Source of the DNA: Candidatus Krumholzibacteriia bacterium
GTDB lineage: Bacteria; Krumholzibacteriota; Krumholzibacteriia; WVZY01
Length of the DNA stretch: 42,707 bases
Direction: 5' to 3'
NCBI GenBank assembly: GCA_036478295.1
Contig: JAZGDW010000239.1
Location: 1 to 42,707 of the forward strand
The position numbers and the translations under genes were made by a program. How positions within the stretch are numbered: position 1 is the stretch's first letter; every line of letters begins with the position of its first letter. This document shows, piece after piece, positions 18,449 to 28,610 of this stretch. Below the pieces are notes generated by a model. It worked only from the letters and a program-made list of their open reading frames with translations, was not told where the DNA came from and ran no database searches.

Positions 18449-19468
18449 ATGGTACGAGCATTCCCGGTCGCTATGGTCGCGCTCGGCGCCATCGCGGTGG
18501 CGGGCTGCAATGAAAACCCGACGGGGCCTGCGGACGCGGCGGGCAGCGCGGTCAAGGGCGTTACCCTGGTGGAGTGGACACGGGACGGATACAGCCAGCC
18601 GCCCGCGCTGGCCCAGGTGGGGAACATCTCGGCTACCGGCGCCAACACCCTGGCCGTCCTGGTTACCGCGTACCAGGAGGATGCGGACGCGCCGGAGATT
18701 CGTATCGATTCCCTCTTGACGCCGATTCCGACGTCCGTGGCCGATGTCGTTCTTCAGTGGCAAGCCGCATCGCCGGCGGTGGCGGTTGCACTCAAGCTCC
18801 ACGTAGACCTGGACGACGGGGCGTGGCGCGGCACCATTGCGCCACCCGATGCGGCACGGTGGTTCCAGTCATACGGAGCGTTCGTCCTCAGTTGGGCGTC
18901 GTTTGCCGAGAACCAAGGGGTGGAGACACTGGTTGTGGGTACCGAGCTGGCCGGTACGCTCGCGCACGAAAACGAGTGGCGCGCGCTGATCGCGAGCGTG
19001 CGCGGGGTTTTCTCGGGCGAACTGGTGTACGCGGCGTCCTGGGATGAGGCGCCCAGGGTTCCCTTCTGGGATGCGTTGGACATCGTCGGGGTGAACTTCT
19101 ACGCGCCGGTGGCCGGCCGGACGGACACCGGCCGCTTTGAGATCCTGAAGAACTGGCAGCCGTGGCTCGACCGCCTCCGCCTGCTCCACAAGTTGGCGGA
19201 GCGCGACATTCTCCTGACCGAAATCGGTTATCGCAGTGTGGACGGCGCGGGCATGCATCCCTACGATTTTGGACGGACAACCGCATTGGATTTGCAGGAA
19301 CAGGCGGACCTCTACTGGGGGGCACTCGAAGCCGTCGGCGACAAGCCGTGGATCCGCGGGGTTTACTGGTGGAACTGGCTAGCCACTCCCACGGGCGCCG
19401 AACAACGTGACTATACACCGCAGGGCAAACCCGCGGAGAAGGAGCTCGTGGATGCGTGGCGACAGTAG
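18449..19468 (+). CDS. Glycoside hydrolase family 113-like lipoprotein
   Basis: Lipobox AVAG-C; WRGTI, WFQSY, VGTEL, YAASWDE, FWDALDIVGVNFYAP, TEIGY, YWWNW; start chosen at ATG 18449. Confidence 0.8.
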   Translation: MVRAFPVAMVALGAIAVAGCNENPTGPADAAGSAVKGVTLVEWTRDGYSQPPALAQVGNISATGANTLAVLVTAYQEDADAPEIRIDSLLTPIPTSVADVVLQWQAASPAVAVALKLHVDLDDGAWRGTIAPPDAARWFQSYGAFVLSWASFAENQGVETLVVGTELAGTLAHENEWRALIASVRGVFSGELVYAASWDEAPRVPFWDALDIVGVNFYAPVAGRTDTGRFEILKNWQPWLDRLRLLHKLAERDILLTEIGYRSVDGAGMHPYDFGRTTALDLQEQADLYWGALEAVGDKPWIRGVYWWNWLATPTGAEQRDYTPQGKPAEKELVDAWRQ

Positions 19469-19484
19469 GAATTTGGAGCACAAG

Positions 19485-20048
19485 GTGAATCGAAGCGTGG
19501 CGCACACGGGGATCGTGATCCTGTTGTTCACGCTGGCGCTCGTGCCGGAGGCCAAGGCCCAGGAGAGCTTATCGCCGCCGCCAACGCTGCAAGCGGGGGC
19601 GATTGAACTGGGCGTCGCCGGCAACCTGACGACCATCGAGGGGATCACCAGCGGCGCCGTGCTCCTGCGCGGCGGCCTTTTCAGGAGCGCTTTCGGGGGA
19701 CTCGCCGGGTTCGAGCTTGCGACGTCGTACCGCCACGTCAGCTCACTGGACCAAAACGGTCTCGAGGCCATTCTGAGTTGGCAGACGCGCCTCGAGCAAA
19801 GTTCGAGTTATCCGTTTGTGTCGATCGCCGCCGGCTGGCGGCACGAGGAAATCGGGAGCTTTGGTCAAAGCCGCTATCCTCTTGGATTCGGGTTGGGTGT
19901 GCGTTCTCTTCTTGGCCAGCGGTCCGCGCTGCGGGTGGAATACCAGTTCCGCCGCATCCTGGGCGACCCCATCGCGGATTTTTCCGAACATCAGGTCGTC
20001 GTGGGACTGTCGGTTTTCTTTCGCAACGCGGCACCCACGGGTGAGTGA
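19485..20048 (+). CDS. Outer membrane beta-barrel protein
   Basis: GGAG then GTG 19485; signal peptide ending AKA-Q; amphipathic strands, YPFV, GFGLGVR, ALRVEYQF, VGLSVFF. Confidence 0.72.
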   Translation: MNRSVAHTGIVILLFTLALVPEAKAQESLSPPPTLQAGAIELGVAGNLTTIEGITSGAVLLRGGLFRSAFGGLAGFELATSYRHVSSLDQNGLEAILSWQTRLEQSSSYPFVSIAAGWRHEEIGSFGQSRYPLGFGLGVRSLLGQRSALRVEYQFRRILGDPIADFSEHQVVVGLSVFFRNAAPTGE

Positions 20049-20075
20049 CAACAACCCAATTAAGGAGGAAAAGAG

Positions 20076-21113
20076 ATGTCCCCCTCGCGCAGGACGAAAA
20101 CCACGGTCACCATTGCCGGGCTTCTGATTGTCGCAGCTCTTTTCTTGTTGACCGCACTCGCGCCGGATCGCCCGGATCGGCCGCGCCGCAGGGGGCGTTC
20201 ACCAAGACCGGATTTCGTATTGAGCGCGGACCGCACGCACAACAAATTCAGCCGCCTCATTCCACCGGTGCTTCGTGTGCCCTCCGGTGCCGTGATCGAA
20301 GTCGAAACCCGTGAAGCCACCGACGGGCAGTTGAACAAGGATTCGGACGTGGAGGCGCTTTCCACGCTCAGCTTCGAGCCGATTCATCCGTTGACCGGGC
20401 CGGTCTTTGTCGAAGGCGCCGAGCCCGGCGACGTGCTCGCGGTCACACTGCATCGCATAACGGTGGGGGACTGGGGCTGGACCGCGGTCCTGCCCGGCTT
20501 CGGTTTTCTTGCCGACGAATTCAAAGACCCGTACCTGCGGACGTTCACCTTCAAAAAGGGTCAGAACACTGTAAAGTTCACGGACAAAATTGAGATCCCG
20601 CTGCGGCCCTTCGCCGGCGTCATGGGGGTGGCGCCCGATACTGACGAAATGCTTTCCACGATTCCGCCGAGGTCCAACGGTGGTAACATGGACAACCCGC
20701 ACCTGACGGAGGGGACGACGGTTTATTTTCCCGTGTTCGTGCAAGGGGCACTGTTTTCGATCGGGGACACCCACGCAGCGCAGGGCATGGGTGAGGTTTG
20801 CGGCACCGCGATTGAAGCGCCCATGCGCGTTGTCTACCAGGTAGAAGTTATCAAGAACAAATCATGGATGCGGGAACCGCACTATGAGACCCAGCGGGAT
20901 TACGCGGTGACGGCGTTCGCGCCGACGCTGGATGAGGCGGCGAGGAAGGCGACGCGCTACATGATCGAATACCTGGTGCGAGAACACGGTCTGGCGCGGA
21001 CGGAAGCGTACATGCTGTGTTCGCTGGCCGGTGATCTCGAGATCGTCGAAGTCGTGGACGTACCGAACGTGCTGGTGAGCATGCATATTTCCAAGAAAGT
21101 ATTGGGTATGTAA
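20076..21113 (+). CDS. Acetamidase/formamidase family protein with N-terminal hydrophobic leader
   Basis: AAGGAGG RBS; HPLTGPVFVEGAEPGDVL, PFAGVMGVAP, GGNMD, GDTHAAQGMGEVCGTAIE, AYMLCSLAGDL. Confidence 0.92.
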   Translation: MSPSRRTKTTVTIAGLLIVAALFLLTALAPDRPDRPRRRGRSPRPDFVLSADRTHNKFSRLIPPVLRVPSGAVIEVETREATDGQLNKDSDVEALSTLSFEPIHPLTGPVFVEGAEPGDVLAVTLHRITVGDWGWTAVLPGFGFLADEFKDPYLRTFTFKKGQNTVKFTDKIEIPLRPFAGVMGVAPDTDEMLSTIPPRSNGGNMDNPHLTEGTTVYFPVFVQGALFSIGDTHAAQGMGEVCGTAIEAPMRVVYQVEVIKNKSWMREPHYETQRDYAVTAFAPTLDEAARKATRYMIEYLVREHGLARTEAYMLCSLAGDLEIVEVVDVPNVLVSMHISKKVLGM

Positions 21114-21130
21114 TTGGGCAGGGTGATGGT

Positions 21131-22816
21131 TTGAAACAACATTCGAAGGCTTGTCATGGGGTCTTCGCACTCCTCATGGTGTTGGGTCCTGGTGTCAGCG
21201 GTTGTAAGTCGGAGCCGCCCGCCGACCTGATTCTTACGGGGGGCCGTGTTTATACGATGAACCCGGAGCAGCCCCGGGCCGAGGCGGTAGCGGTCCGCGG
21301 GGATCGCATCGTGTTCGTCGGCGGCCGCGAGGGGGCTCTGGCGAAAAAGGGGCCGGGAACGAAGATTCTGGATCTGGAGGGGATGACGACTTTGCCGGGG
21401 CTGATCGACGCGCACGGGCACCTGCCGAATTTGGGGAGAACGCTTCGCGAGTTGAAGCTCTTGGGAACCTCGTCGTCGAGCGAGATACGGGAAATGGTCA
21501 TTGCCAGGCGGAAGCAGGTGGCGGCGGGCGAGTGGATCGCGGGCCGCGGTTGGGATCAAAATGACTGGCAGGTACAGGAGTTTCCAACCTGGCAGGATCT
21601 ACACGGTACAGAGGACAATCCCGTATACCTGCGGCGCGTGGACGGGCACGCCGTGTGGGTGAATCGCAGGGCGCTCGAGCTGTGCGGCGTGACGCGGGAT
21701 ACCCCGGATCCGGAAGGCGGTCGCATTGTTCGCGATGAGGAAGGGCAGCCGACCGGTGTTTTCGTCGATCGGGCCGTCGATCTCGTTTCCTCGAGAATTC
21801 CGAAGCCGTCGATGGAGGAACGAATCGAGCGCGTCCGCGTGGCCATACGCGAGTGCAGGCGCTACGGACTCACCGGTGTTCACGACGCGGGAACCACCGA
21901 AGATTACCTGGGCGTATATCGCCGGCTACTCGAGGACGGCGAGCTGACGCTGCGCGTATACACCATGCTGGACTGTGATTCTACCCGGTTTGTTCGCGCG
22001 CGGCTAGAGGAGGGACCGTGGGCGGACCCGCAGCATTTCGTGACCGTACGTGCGATCAAGGTATACGCCGACGGCGCGATGGGCTCGCGGGGCGCGATGC
22101 TGCTCGAGCCTTACAGCGATGAACCGTCCAACCGGGGCCTGCTGCAGAATCCACGGCACACCATCGAAGAGTGGGCCGGGCTAGCCCTGGAAGGTGGTTT
22201 CCAGATGTGCGCGCACGCCATCGGCGACGGCGGGAACCGGTTGATACTCGACGTGTATGAAACAGCATTGCGCGCCCGTCCGGTCAGCAACCATCGCTTT
22301 CGAGTGGAGCACGCCCAGTTGCTGGCCCTCGACGACATCCCGCGGTTTGCAAGCATGGCGGTGATCGCGTCGATGCAGCCGACCCACGCGACCTCGGATA
22401 TGTATTGGGCGGAGGACCGGGTGGGCGCAGAACGGATCCAGGGCGCCTACGCTTGGAGAAAACTGCTCCGCTCCGGGGCGGTCATCGCCTGCGGCTCGGA
22501 TTTTCCCGTGGAATCCGTCAACCCCCTGTGGGGCGTTTACGCGGCCGTGACGCGGCAGGACCACAGCGAGTGGCCGGAGGGGGGCTGGTATCCCGATGAG
22601 CGAATGACGGTGTATGAGGCGATCGAAGGCTTCACCACGGCCGCCGCGTTCGCCAGCTTCGAGGAACACCTTAAAGGGTCCATCGAACCCGGTAAATTCG
22701 CAGATTTTACGATTGTTGACCATGATCTGTTTGAAATCGCACCCGGGGAGATTCTCGAGACCTCCGTGCGCTATACGATAGTCGGTGGAAAGGTGGTCTA
22801 CTCGGCCGCAGAGTAG
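21131..22816 (+). CDS. Amidohydrolase family 3 (YtcJ-like) lipoprotein
   Basis: Lipobox VSG-C; PGLIDAHGH, GRGWDQNDW, RVDGH, K.YADGAMGSRGA, HAIGD, RVEHAQ, SMQPTHATSD, GSDFPVE, GSIEPGKFAD. Confidence 0.92.
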   Translation: MKQHSKACHGVFALLMVLGPGVSGCKSEPPADLILTGGRVYTMNPEQPRAEAVAVRGDRIVFVGGREGALAKKGPGTKILDLEGMTTLPGLIDAHGHLPNLGRTLRELKLLGTSSSSEIREMVIARRKQVAAGEWIAGRGWDQNDWQVQEFPTWQDLHGTEDNPVYLRRVDGHAVWVNRRALELCGVTRDTPDPEGGRIVRDEEGQPTGVFVDRAVDLVSSRIPKPSMEERIERVRVAIRECRRYGLTGVHDAGTTEDYLGVYRRLLEDGELTLRVYTMLDCDSTRFVRARLEEGPWADPQHFVTVRAIKVYADGAMGSRGAMLLEPYSDEPSNRGLLQNPRHTIEEWAGLALEGGFQMCAHAIGDGGNRLILDVYETALRARPVSNHRFRVEHAQLLALDDIPRFASMAVIASMQPTHATSDMYWAEDRVGAERIQGAYAWRKLLRSGAVIACGSDFPVESVNPLWGVYAAVTRQDHSEWPEGGWYPDERMTVYEAIEGFTTAAAFASFEEHLKGSIEPGKFADFTIVDHDLFEIAPGEILETSVRYTIVGGKVVYSAAE

Positions 22817-22861
22817 GCGCGGTCGAGCGGCCGCCACGGGTCACGACGGTGAGGAGCGACA

Positions 22862-23305
22862 TTGCTGCGAATTCTCAGAGGTTTCACGTACGTAGCCATG
22901 GTGGTCGTGTTTGGCGCGGGAGCGGTAATCACGGTGCGGGATGGTCGCACGCTAGAGAAATACTCGCGTGTCATCACGGAGCAGGAGCGTGAGAAAAAGG
23001 ACGTCGTCCGCGAGAGGGCAACGCAGCAGCGGGTGATCGCCGAAATAGGTGAAGAGATGCAGGCCGTGCAGGATTCGCTTCAGAGGGCGGCGGCGATGGG
23101 AATCGTCATGAAGCGCAGTACGGAGATCGGCAAGATCTTGCTGGTGCTGGACAATCGGACGCTGCGCGCAAACAACCTTATCAAGAGCGCGCAGAGCCAC
23201 CGGGAGGCGATCCGACGCCATCGCTCGCGGTGGCTCGTGCTGCTGGGAGGCGCGTTCGTGCTGCTGGGAGGCGGGCTGGTGGTTCTCCGCCGGGCAGGGC
23301 TCTGA
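22862..23305 (+). CDS. Hypothetical membrane protein (TM - coiled coil - TM)
   Basis: GAGGAG RBS before TTG; hydrophobic N- and C-terminal helices flanking a charged helical segment. Confidence 0.6.
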   Translation: MLRILRGFTYVAMVVVFGAGAVITVRDGRTLEKYSRVITEQEREKKDVVRERATQQRVIAEIGEEMQAVQDSLQRAAAMGIVMKRSTEIGKILLVLDNRTLRANNLIKSAQSHREAIRRHRSRWLVLLGGAFVLLGGGLVVLRRAGL

Positions 23306-23374
23306 GTGAGTCCGGCACCCGCAGGGCGGCGGGGGTTGGGGAGCGCGGGTACCTGTGAAAGCTTAAGAGATTTC

Positions 23375-23403
23375 GTGACATTTGTGCCCAAAAGGAGTAT
23401 AAT
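23375..23403 (+). promoter_or_regulatory. Putative sigma70 promoter
   Basis: GTGACA-N17-TATAAT, about 200 nt upstream of ATG 23605. Confidence 0.55.
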
Positions 23404-23604
23404 GCTTCGCGATAGAGCCGTGTGTATACATATGGCCTCGTAAATCGAGATTCACGTCGTTGAGGGACGATTGTTGGGTACGAATAGTTGCCGTCAGCGT
23501 GATCGCCTCTTCCTGATCCTGCCTTGCACCCACGCTCGGTGAGAACCGAGACCCGCGCGTCTTTGCAACACGTACGTTCTTTCCATAATTCTGAGGAGTT
23601 CGTT

Positions 23605-24798
23605 ATGAAGTGCATTCTTCGTGTTGTCACGTTGTGCGTGGGCGTGTGCTGTCTGGTCTCCACCGCGCTCGCTCAGACGCCAACGATTACCGTGTATTTC
23701 GACACGGGACGCGCCACAGACTGCCCCGGCACCGGGGTGGTGGGCACGGTTACCATTGTCGCTGAGGGCTTCAACGCCCTTATTACCGGGGCGGAGTACA
23801 AGGTCGATTACCCGCCGAGTATGGTGTGGATCGCCGATCTCGAAACTCCCCCGGTGACCTTCGGGACAAGTCCCAGTGGGATTTCGATGGGATTCCCGTT
23901 GCCACGAGACGGATTTCAGCCGGTCGTGCTGCAAAAGGCGATCTTCCAGTGGAATTGTACGGACTGTAGCGACGCGACAAACGACAAGCTCTGCGTGGTG
24001 CCGCACCCCTTGTTTGCAAGCATCCGCGCCACGCGGTGGCCGACCAACACGTTTATTGACGCGACGGGTCGATGCTCGGTGGTGTGCCCGCAGGCCGACC
24101 TGGATGTCCGTCCGGCATCGTGTCCGAATCCGTTCAATGCCCAGCTCTTCAATATCCCTGACGGCTCCATGACACGCAAGGGTGGCATTCTTCCGGTAGC
24201 CGTTCTCGGTTTTGCGTCGTTCGACGTCGCGGATATCGATATGGGCAGCATGCGTCTCGAAGGCGTGGCTCCGCTCGCCGACAAGACGATATTTGAAGAT
24301 GTGGCGACCTCGGTCGATCCCGAGGGCGGCTGCTTCCCGGGCGGTCCTGACGGCTTCGTTGATGTGCAGATGAAGTTCAGTTCCCAGGCGATCGCAGCTG
24401 CGATTGGATCGGCTGCGGTGGGGGAGGACGTCACAGTTACGTTGACCGGCACGTTTCTGGATGGGGTGCCGTTCGCGACGACGGACGTCCTGAACGTCGT
24501 GTCGAAAGGCACGCCGCCTCCGGTCCCGATCAATCTGACGACGAGCCTGCTACCGGCGACGCCGAATCCGTTCAACCCGGTGACGCGTCTCGGGTTCTCG
24601 ATTGCGTCCGCGCAGCGGGTTCACCTGGCCGTGTACGACGTTACTGGCCGCTTGGTCGACGTCATCGTGGATGGCGTGCGGCAAGCCGGCGAGCACACGG
24701 TGACGTGGGATGCCGCTGGCCTGGCCAGTGGTGTCTACTTCTACCGGTTGAAAACGCGCGAGCAGACGCTGACGCGGCGTATGGTGTTGCTGAAATAG
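23605..24798 (+). CDS. Secreted Cys-rich protein with C-terminal FlgD-Ig/T9SS-CTD-like sorting domain
   Basis: GAGGAG RBS; signal peptide ending ALA-Q; C-terminal PNPFNPVT...VYDVTGRLV...WDA..LASGVYFYRL...RRMVLLK. Confidence 0.85.
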   Translation: MKCILRVVTLCVGVCCLVSTALAQTPTITVYFDTGRATDCPGTGVVGTVTIVAEGFNALITGAEYKVDYPPSMVWIADLETPPVTFGTSPSGISMGFPLPRDGFQPVVLQKAIFQWNCTDCSDATNDKLCVVPHPLFASIRATRWPTNTFIDATGRCSVVCPQADLDVRPASCPNPFNAQLFNIPDGSMTRKGGILPVAVLGFASFDVADIDMGSMRLEGVAPLADKTIFEDVATSVDPEGGCFPGGPDGFVDVQMKFSSQAIAAAIGSAAVGEDVTVTLTGTFLDGVPFATTDVLNVVSKGTPPPVPINLTTSLLPATPNPFNPVTRLGFSIASAQRVHLAVYDVTGRLVDVIVDGVRQAGEHTVTWDAAGLASGVYFYRLKTREQTLTRRMVLLK

Positions 24799-24879
24799 GC
24801 ACTCACCCGCCGCACTGAAGATCGATATGCTGTGTCCCCGGACGACGAATCAGAACAAGTCCGGGGCCACCAGGCAAGA

Positions 24880-24921
24880 AAATCCCTCCAATGCCGAAGG
24901 CGGTATTGGAGGGATTTCTTT
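24880..24921 (+). terminator. Intrinsic terminator hairpin
   Basis: 17-bp stem AAATCCCTCCAATGCCG-aagg-CGGTATTGGAGGGATTT followed by CTTT. Confidence 0.65.
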
Positions 24922-24983
24922 AGTGGACGGACCAATTTATGCTTTCATGTACTTACGGTGTAGTACTACGAGAGCGAGAGACG

Positions 24984-25412
24984 ATGGGTTTCGGCGAATG
25001 GATATCCAGAGTGTTGGGCGCTTCTTCGGCAGCAACATTGGGTGACGGTATGAAGCGGCTGACGAGTATCGGTGACTTCGATGAGGCACTTGCGAGGAGC
25101 GAGCGCGAGGCGGTTTTCATCTACAAGCACAGCACGGCGTGCGGGTTGTCGGCAGTGGCCCACGATCGGGTGACTGCGTACGTCGGGTTAAAGGTGGAAG
25201 GCTCGGCGCCGGTCTATATTGTCAATCTCCTGGAAACACGCAGTGTGTCGAACGAGATAGCCGATCGCCTGGGAGTGGAGCACCAGTCCCCCCAGCTCAT
25301 TCTTGTCAAAGATCGGCGCGCGGTGTGGCACGCGTCCCATGGCGCGATAAACGAGGAAGCCATCGTGCAAGCGCTGGCCACCGTGGTTGGTGCCGTAGCT
25401 TCCAGTACGTGA
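24984..25412 (+). CDS. ytxJ: YtxJ/DUF2847 monothiol thioredoxin-fold protein
   Basis: IYKHSTACGLS, R.VSNEIA..LGVEHQSPQLIL, WHASHGAI match the YtxJ family. Confidence 0.85.
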   Translation: MGFGEWISRVLGASSAATLGDGMKRLTSIGDFDEALARSEREAVFIYKHSTACGLSAVAHDRVTAYVGLKVEGSAPVYIVNLLETRSVSNEIADRLGVEHQSPQLILVKDRRAVWHASHGAINEEAIVQALATVVGAVASST

Positions 25413-25496
25413 CCGAGCTGCCTGGCGGCCACACCGGTACTGACACGCAGTGTCACCCCCCAGCCCTCTCTGGAGCGTGGTTCCTCCCTGTACACA

Positions 25497-28400
25497 TCAG
25501 TGAAAGTCACGGCTCTTGCCATGCCCGGGCCGGGTGGGCACTTTTGGGGCCCAGAGGGTCTCGGCAATGAGATGGGTCACGCCCGAGGCCACCTGCAATC
25601 GCCCCGTCACTCCAATAAACGAGGCGGTTTTGACCAGCACGGTGTGCTGTTTGAAAACATTCTGCCAGACAACGACGTTTACGAATCCCGCCTCGTCTTC
25701 CAAAGTCATAAAAACCACACCGCCCGCCGTCGACGGACGCTGGCGGCAGATGACCAGGCCGGCGTAGCGAACGCGCCGTCCATCGGGCATGTCTTTTACC
25801 TCCCTTGCATCGGGCAGGCCCTGGGCCGCAAGCCAATCGCGCAGCGGGGTGAGCGGGTGCGCGCGGGGACTGTGGCCGGTTGCACGGTAATCCCAGTCGA
25901 TGGTTTCAAAAAAACTCAACGGTGCAAAACGCGTTTTCGACCGGGTGGCGTTTAGCGGCAGCCGCGGAGCGGCGGTACGGTCCAGACCACGTACTTGCCA
26001 GATCGTATTGCGCCGGTTTTTCTCGAAGCACTCGAAAGCGCCCGCTTCGGACAACCGCCGGAGGGGCGCGTCTTCGAGATCGGTTCTTTCCGCAAAGTCT
26101 TCGAGCGACTTGAACTCTCCCAGCTGGCGGGTGGTCTCTATGCGTTCCCAGGCGCTTTCGCGAAAACTGCGCACGTATCCCAGCCCCATGCGTACGGCGA
26201 ACCCTTCGCCGCTCTCGCGGCACGGCTCGAGCGTGCACTCCCAGCGGCTCTTTTGTACGTGTACCGGCCGTACATGGATGCCGTGACGCTTGGCGTCGTC
26301 GATTATCGTAGATGGCGAGTAGAATCCCATCGGCTGCGCATTCAAGAGTGCGCAGGTGAACGCCGCAGGGTGATGGCATTTGAGGTATGCGGTGACATAG
26401 GTAATGAGGGCAAAGCTCGCCGCATGGCTTTCCGGAAAACCGTACTCGCCGAATCCCTGTATCTGTTTGAACACCCGCTCGGCGAATGCTCTGGAAATCC
26501 CCTTCGCTATCATGCGCGAGATCAATCGGTCGCGGTGACGGAGGAGCCGGCCCGACCGCCGCCACGCGGCCATGTCACGCCGCAGCTGGTCGGACTCGCT
26601 CGGTGTGTAATCCGCCGCTACCATGGCAATCCGCATCACCTGTTCCTGAAAGAGCGGTACGCCGAGTGTTTTTTCCAAAACAGGTTTCAAGGACGGGTGC
26701 GGGTAGATAATTTGCTCTTCGCCGTTTCGGCGGCGGAGGTAGGGATGCACCATGCCACCGGTAATGGGACCGGGGCGCACGATGCTCACTTCGATAACCA
26801 GGTCGTAGTAGGTGCGGGGCTTGAGGCGGGGCAGCATTGCCATCTGTGCGCGGCTTTCGATTTGAAAGACGCCCACCGTGTCCGCCCGCCGGATCATTTC
26901 AAAGGTCGCTTCATCATCGGCCGGCACCGTGGCCATCGAATAGCGCTTGCCTGAAACCATCTCGATCGAGCGAAACGCAATGTCGATGACCGTGAGCATG
27001 CCCAGCCCCAGAAGATCCACCTTGAAAAGTCCCAGCGCTTCGAGATCTTCCTTGTCCCACTGGATCACGGTGCGGTCCGGCATGGTGGCGTTCTCGATCG
27101 GTACCAGGTCGCGCACCGGCTCGTGGCCGAGAAGAAAACCACCGGGATGAATGGAGAGGTGCCGGGGAAAATCCTGGATCTCCAGTATCAAGTCCAGAAG
27201 GTGGCGGTGACGTGGATTTTGTGGGTCGAAGCCCGTCGGCTTCAGCGTCTCCGGTGAAACGGTGTCGTAATAGGAGAGCAGTTTGGCAAAGCGGTCGATG
27301 GTGGTCTCCGACAGCTCGAGCACCTTGCCGACGTCACGGATGGCCGAACGCGCCCGGTAACGGATGAAATTGGCGACCATGGCTGCGTGCGTGCGGCCGT
27401 ACTTCTCGTAGACGTGTTGAATCACCTCTTCGCGCCGGTTGTGTTCGATGTCGAGGTCGATGTCCGGCGGCTCCGCGCGTTCGCGCGAGATAAAGCGCTC
27501 GAAGAGAAGACCGGTCCGCACCGGGTCGACGGCGGTTATTCCCAGGCAGAAACACACCACCGAATTGGCCGCCGAACCACGACCCTGGCAGAGAATCTCG
27601 CGGTTGCGGCAGTAACGGACGATCTCCCACATGGTGAGGAAATACCCCTCGTAGTCGAGATCGTGGATGAGGTCGAGTTCCTTTCCGAGTTGCGCAATGA
27701 CGCCCCCTGGGATGCCTTCGGGATAGCGCCAGCGGGCACCCCGCAGCGTCAGCTCGCGCAGCCGTTCCTTGGATGTGCTGCCGTCGGGCAGTTCCTCGGA
27801 AGGGTAGCGGTAGCGGATTTCAGACAGAGAAAAGCTGCACCGCGCGGCCACTTCTTCGGTGCGCCATACCGATTCGGGATCGTCGGCAAAAAGGGCGAAG
27901 AAATCTTCTTTGGACTTCAAGGCGTGCTCGGCGTTGGGTTTGATGAGCCGGCCCGCCGTGGATAGTGTCACCCCGAATCGAATGCAGGTAAGCACGTCCT
28001 GCACGGCGCGCCGCTTCGGTGTGTGGTAGAGCACTTCGGTGGCGGCCGTGGTGGGAATGCGGTAACGCGCCGCGCGCTCACGGGTGCGCCGTTCCGGCCG
28101 CACGTCGCCGGCGCGCCGGTGACGCGTTACCATGGCGTAAAGCCTGTCGCCGAAGGCTTCACGCAGGTTGCGTGCGACAAAGAGCGGGTCTGCCCGCGCC
28201 GCCAGCAGACTGCGTTCACCGCCCCAGAGCGCGATCAGTCCTCCGGCGTGTGTACAGATTTCTCTCCAGCGTACGGTACATTCGCCCTTGGGCGAGCGCA
28301 GGCGCCCGCCGGAGATCAAACGGCAGAGACCGGTATACCCTGCACGGTTGGTGGCGAGAAGCACAATGGTGGAGCCGTCCTCGACGGTTACCTGCGAGCC

Positions 28401-28610
28401 GATGATCAGGTGCACGCCGAGTGCCCGGGCTCTTACGTGGCCGCGGACGATACCGTATACGCCGTCGCGGTCGGTAATCGCGAGCGTCTCGATACCCAGT
28501 TGCGCGCACTGCTCGACCAACTCCTCGGGGTGGCTCGCGCCTTCGAGAAACGAGTAGTTGCTCTTGCACCACAGGGGCACATAGCCGTGTGCCCGTTGAC
28601 GCCGGGTCAT
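25497..28610 (-). CDS. dnaE2: Error-prone DNA polymerase DnaE2 (ImuC)
   Basis: PHP domain ([15 protein letters not shown]), [36 protein letters not shown] fold, C-terminal SRDFH signature; ATGA overlap with imuB. Confidence 0.96.
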   Translation of the reverse strand: MTRRQRAHGYVPLWCKSNYSFLEGASHPEELVEQCAQLGIETLAITDRDGVYGIVRGHVRARALGVHLIIGSQVTVEDGSTIVLLATNRAGYTGLCRLISGGRLRSPKGECTVRWREICTHAGGLIALWGGERSLLAARADPLFVARNLREAFGDRLYAMVTRHRRAGDVRPERRTRERAARYRIPTTAATEVLYHTPKRRAVQDVLTCIRFGVTLSTAGRLIKPNAEHALKSKEDFFALFADDPESVWRTEEVAARCSFSLSEIRYRYPSEELPDGSTSKERLRELTLRGARWRYPEGIPGGVIAQLGKELDLIHDLDYEGYFLTMWEIVRYCRNREILCQGRGSAANSVVCFCLGITAVDPVRTGLLFERFISRERAEPPDIDLDIEHNRREEVIQHVYEKYGRTHAAMVANFIRYRARSAIRDVGKVLELSETTIDRFAKLLSYYDTVSPETLKPTGFDPQNPRHRHLLDLILEIQDFPRHLSIHPGGFLLGHEPVRDLVPIENATMPDRTVIQWDKEDLEALGLFKVDLLGLGMLTVIDIAFRSIEMVSGKRYSMATVPADDEATFEMIRRADTVGVFQIESRAQMAMLPRLKPRTYYDLVIEVSIVRPGPITGGMVHPYLRRRNGEEQIIYPHPSLKPVLEKTLGVPLFQEQVMRIAMVAADYTPSESDQLRRDMAAWRRSGRLLRHRDRLISRMIAKGISRAFAERVFKQIQGFGEYGFPESHAASFALITYVTAYLKCHHPAAFTCALLNAQPMGFYSPSTIIDDAKRHGIHVRPVHVQKSRWECTLEPCRESGEGFAVRMGLGYVRSFRESAWERIETTRQLGEFKSLEDFAERTDLEDAPLRRLSEAGAFECFEKNRRNTIWQVRGLDRTAAPRLPLNATRSKTRFAPLSFFETIDWDYRATGHSPRAHPLTPLRDWLAAQGLPDAREVKDMPDGRRVRYAGLVICRQRPSTAGGVVFMTLEDEAGFVNVVVWQNVFKQHTVLVKTASFIGVTGRLQVASGVTHLIAETLWAPKVPTRPGHGKSRDFH

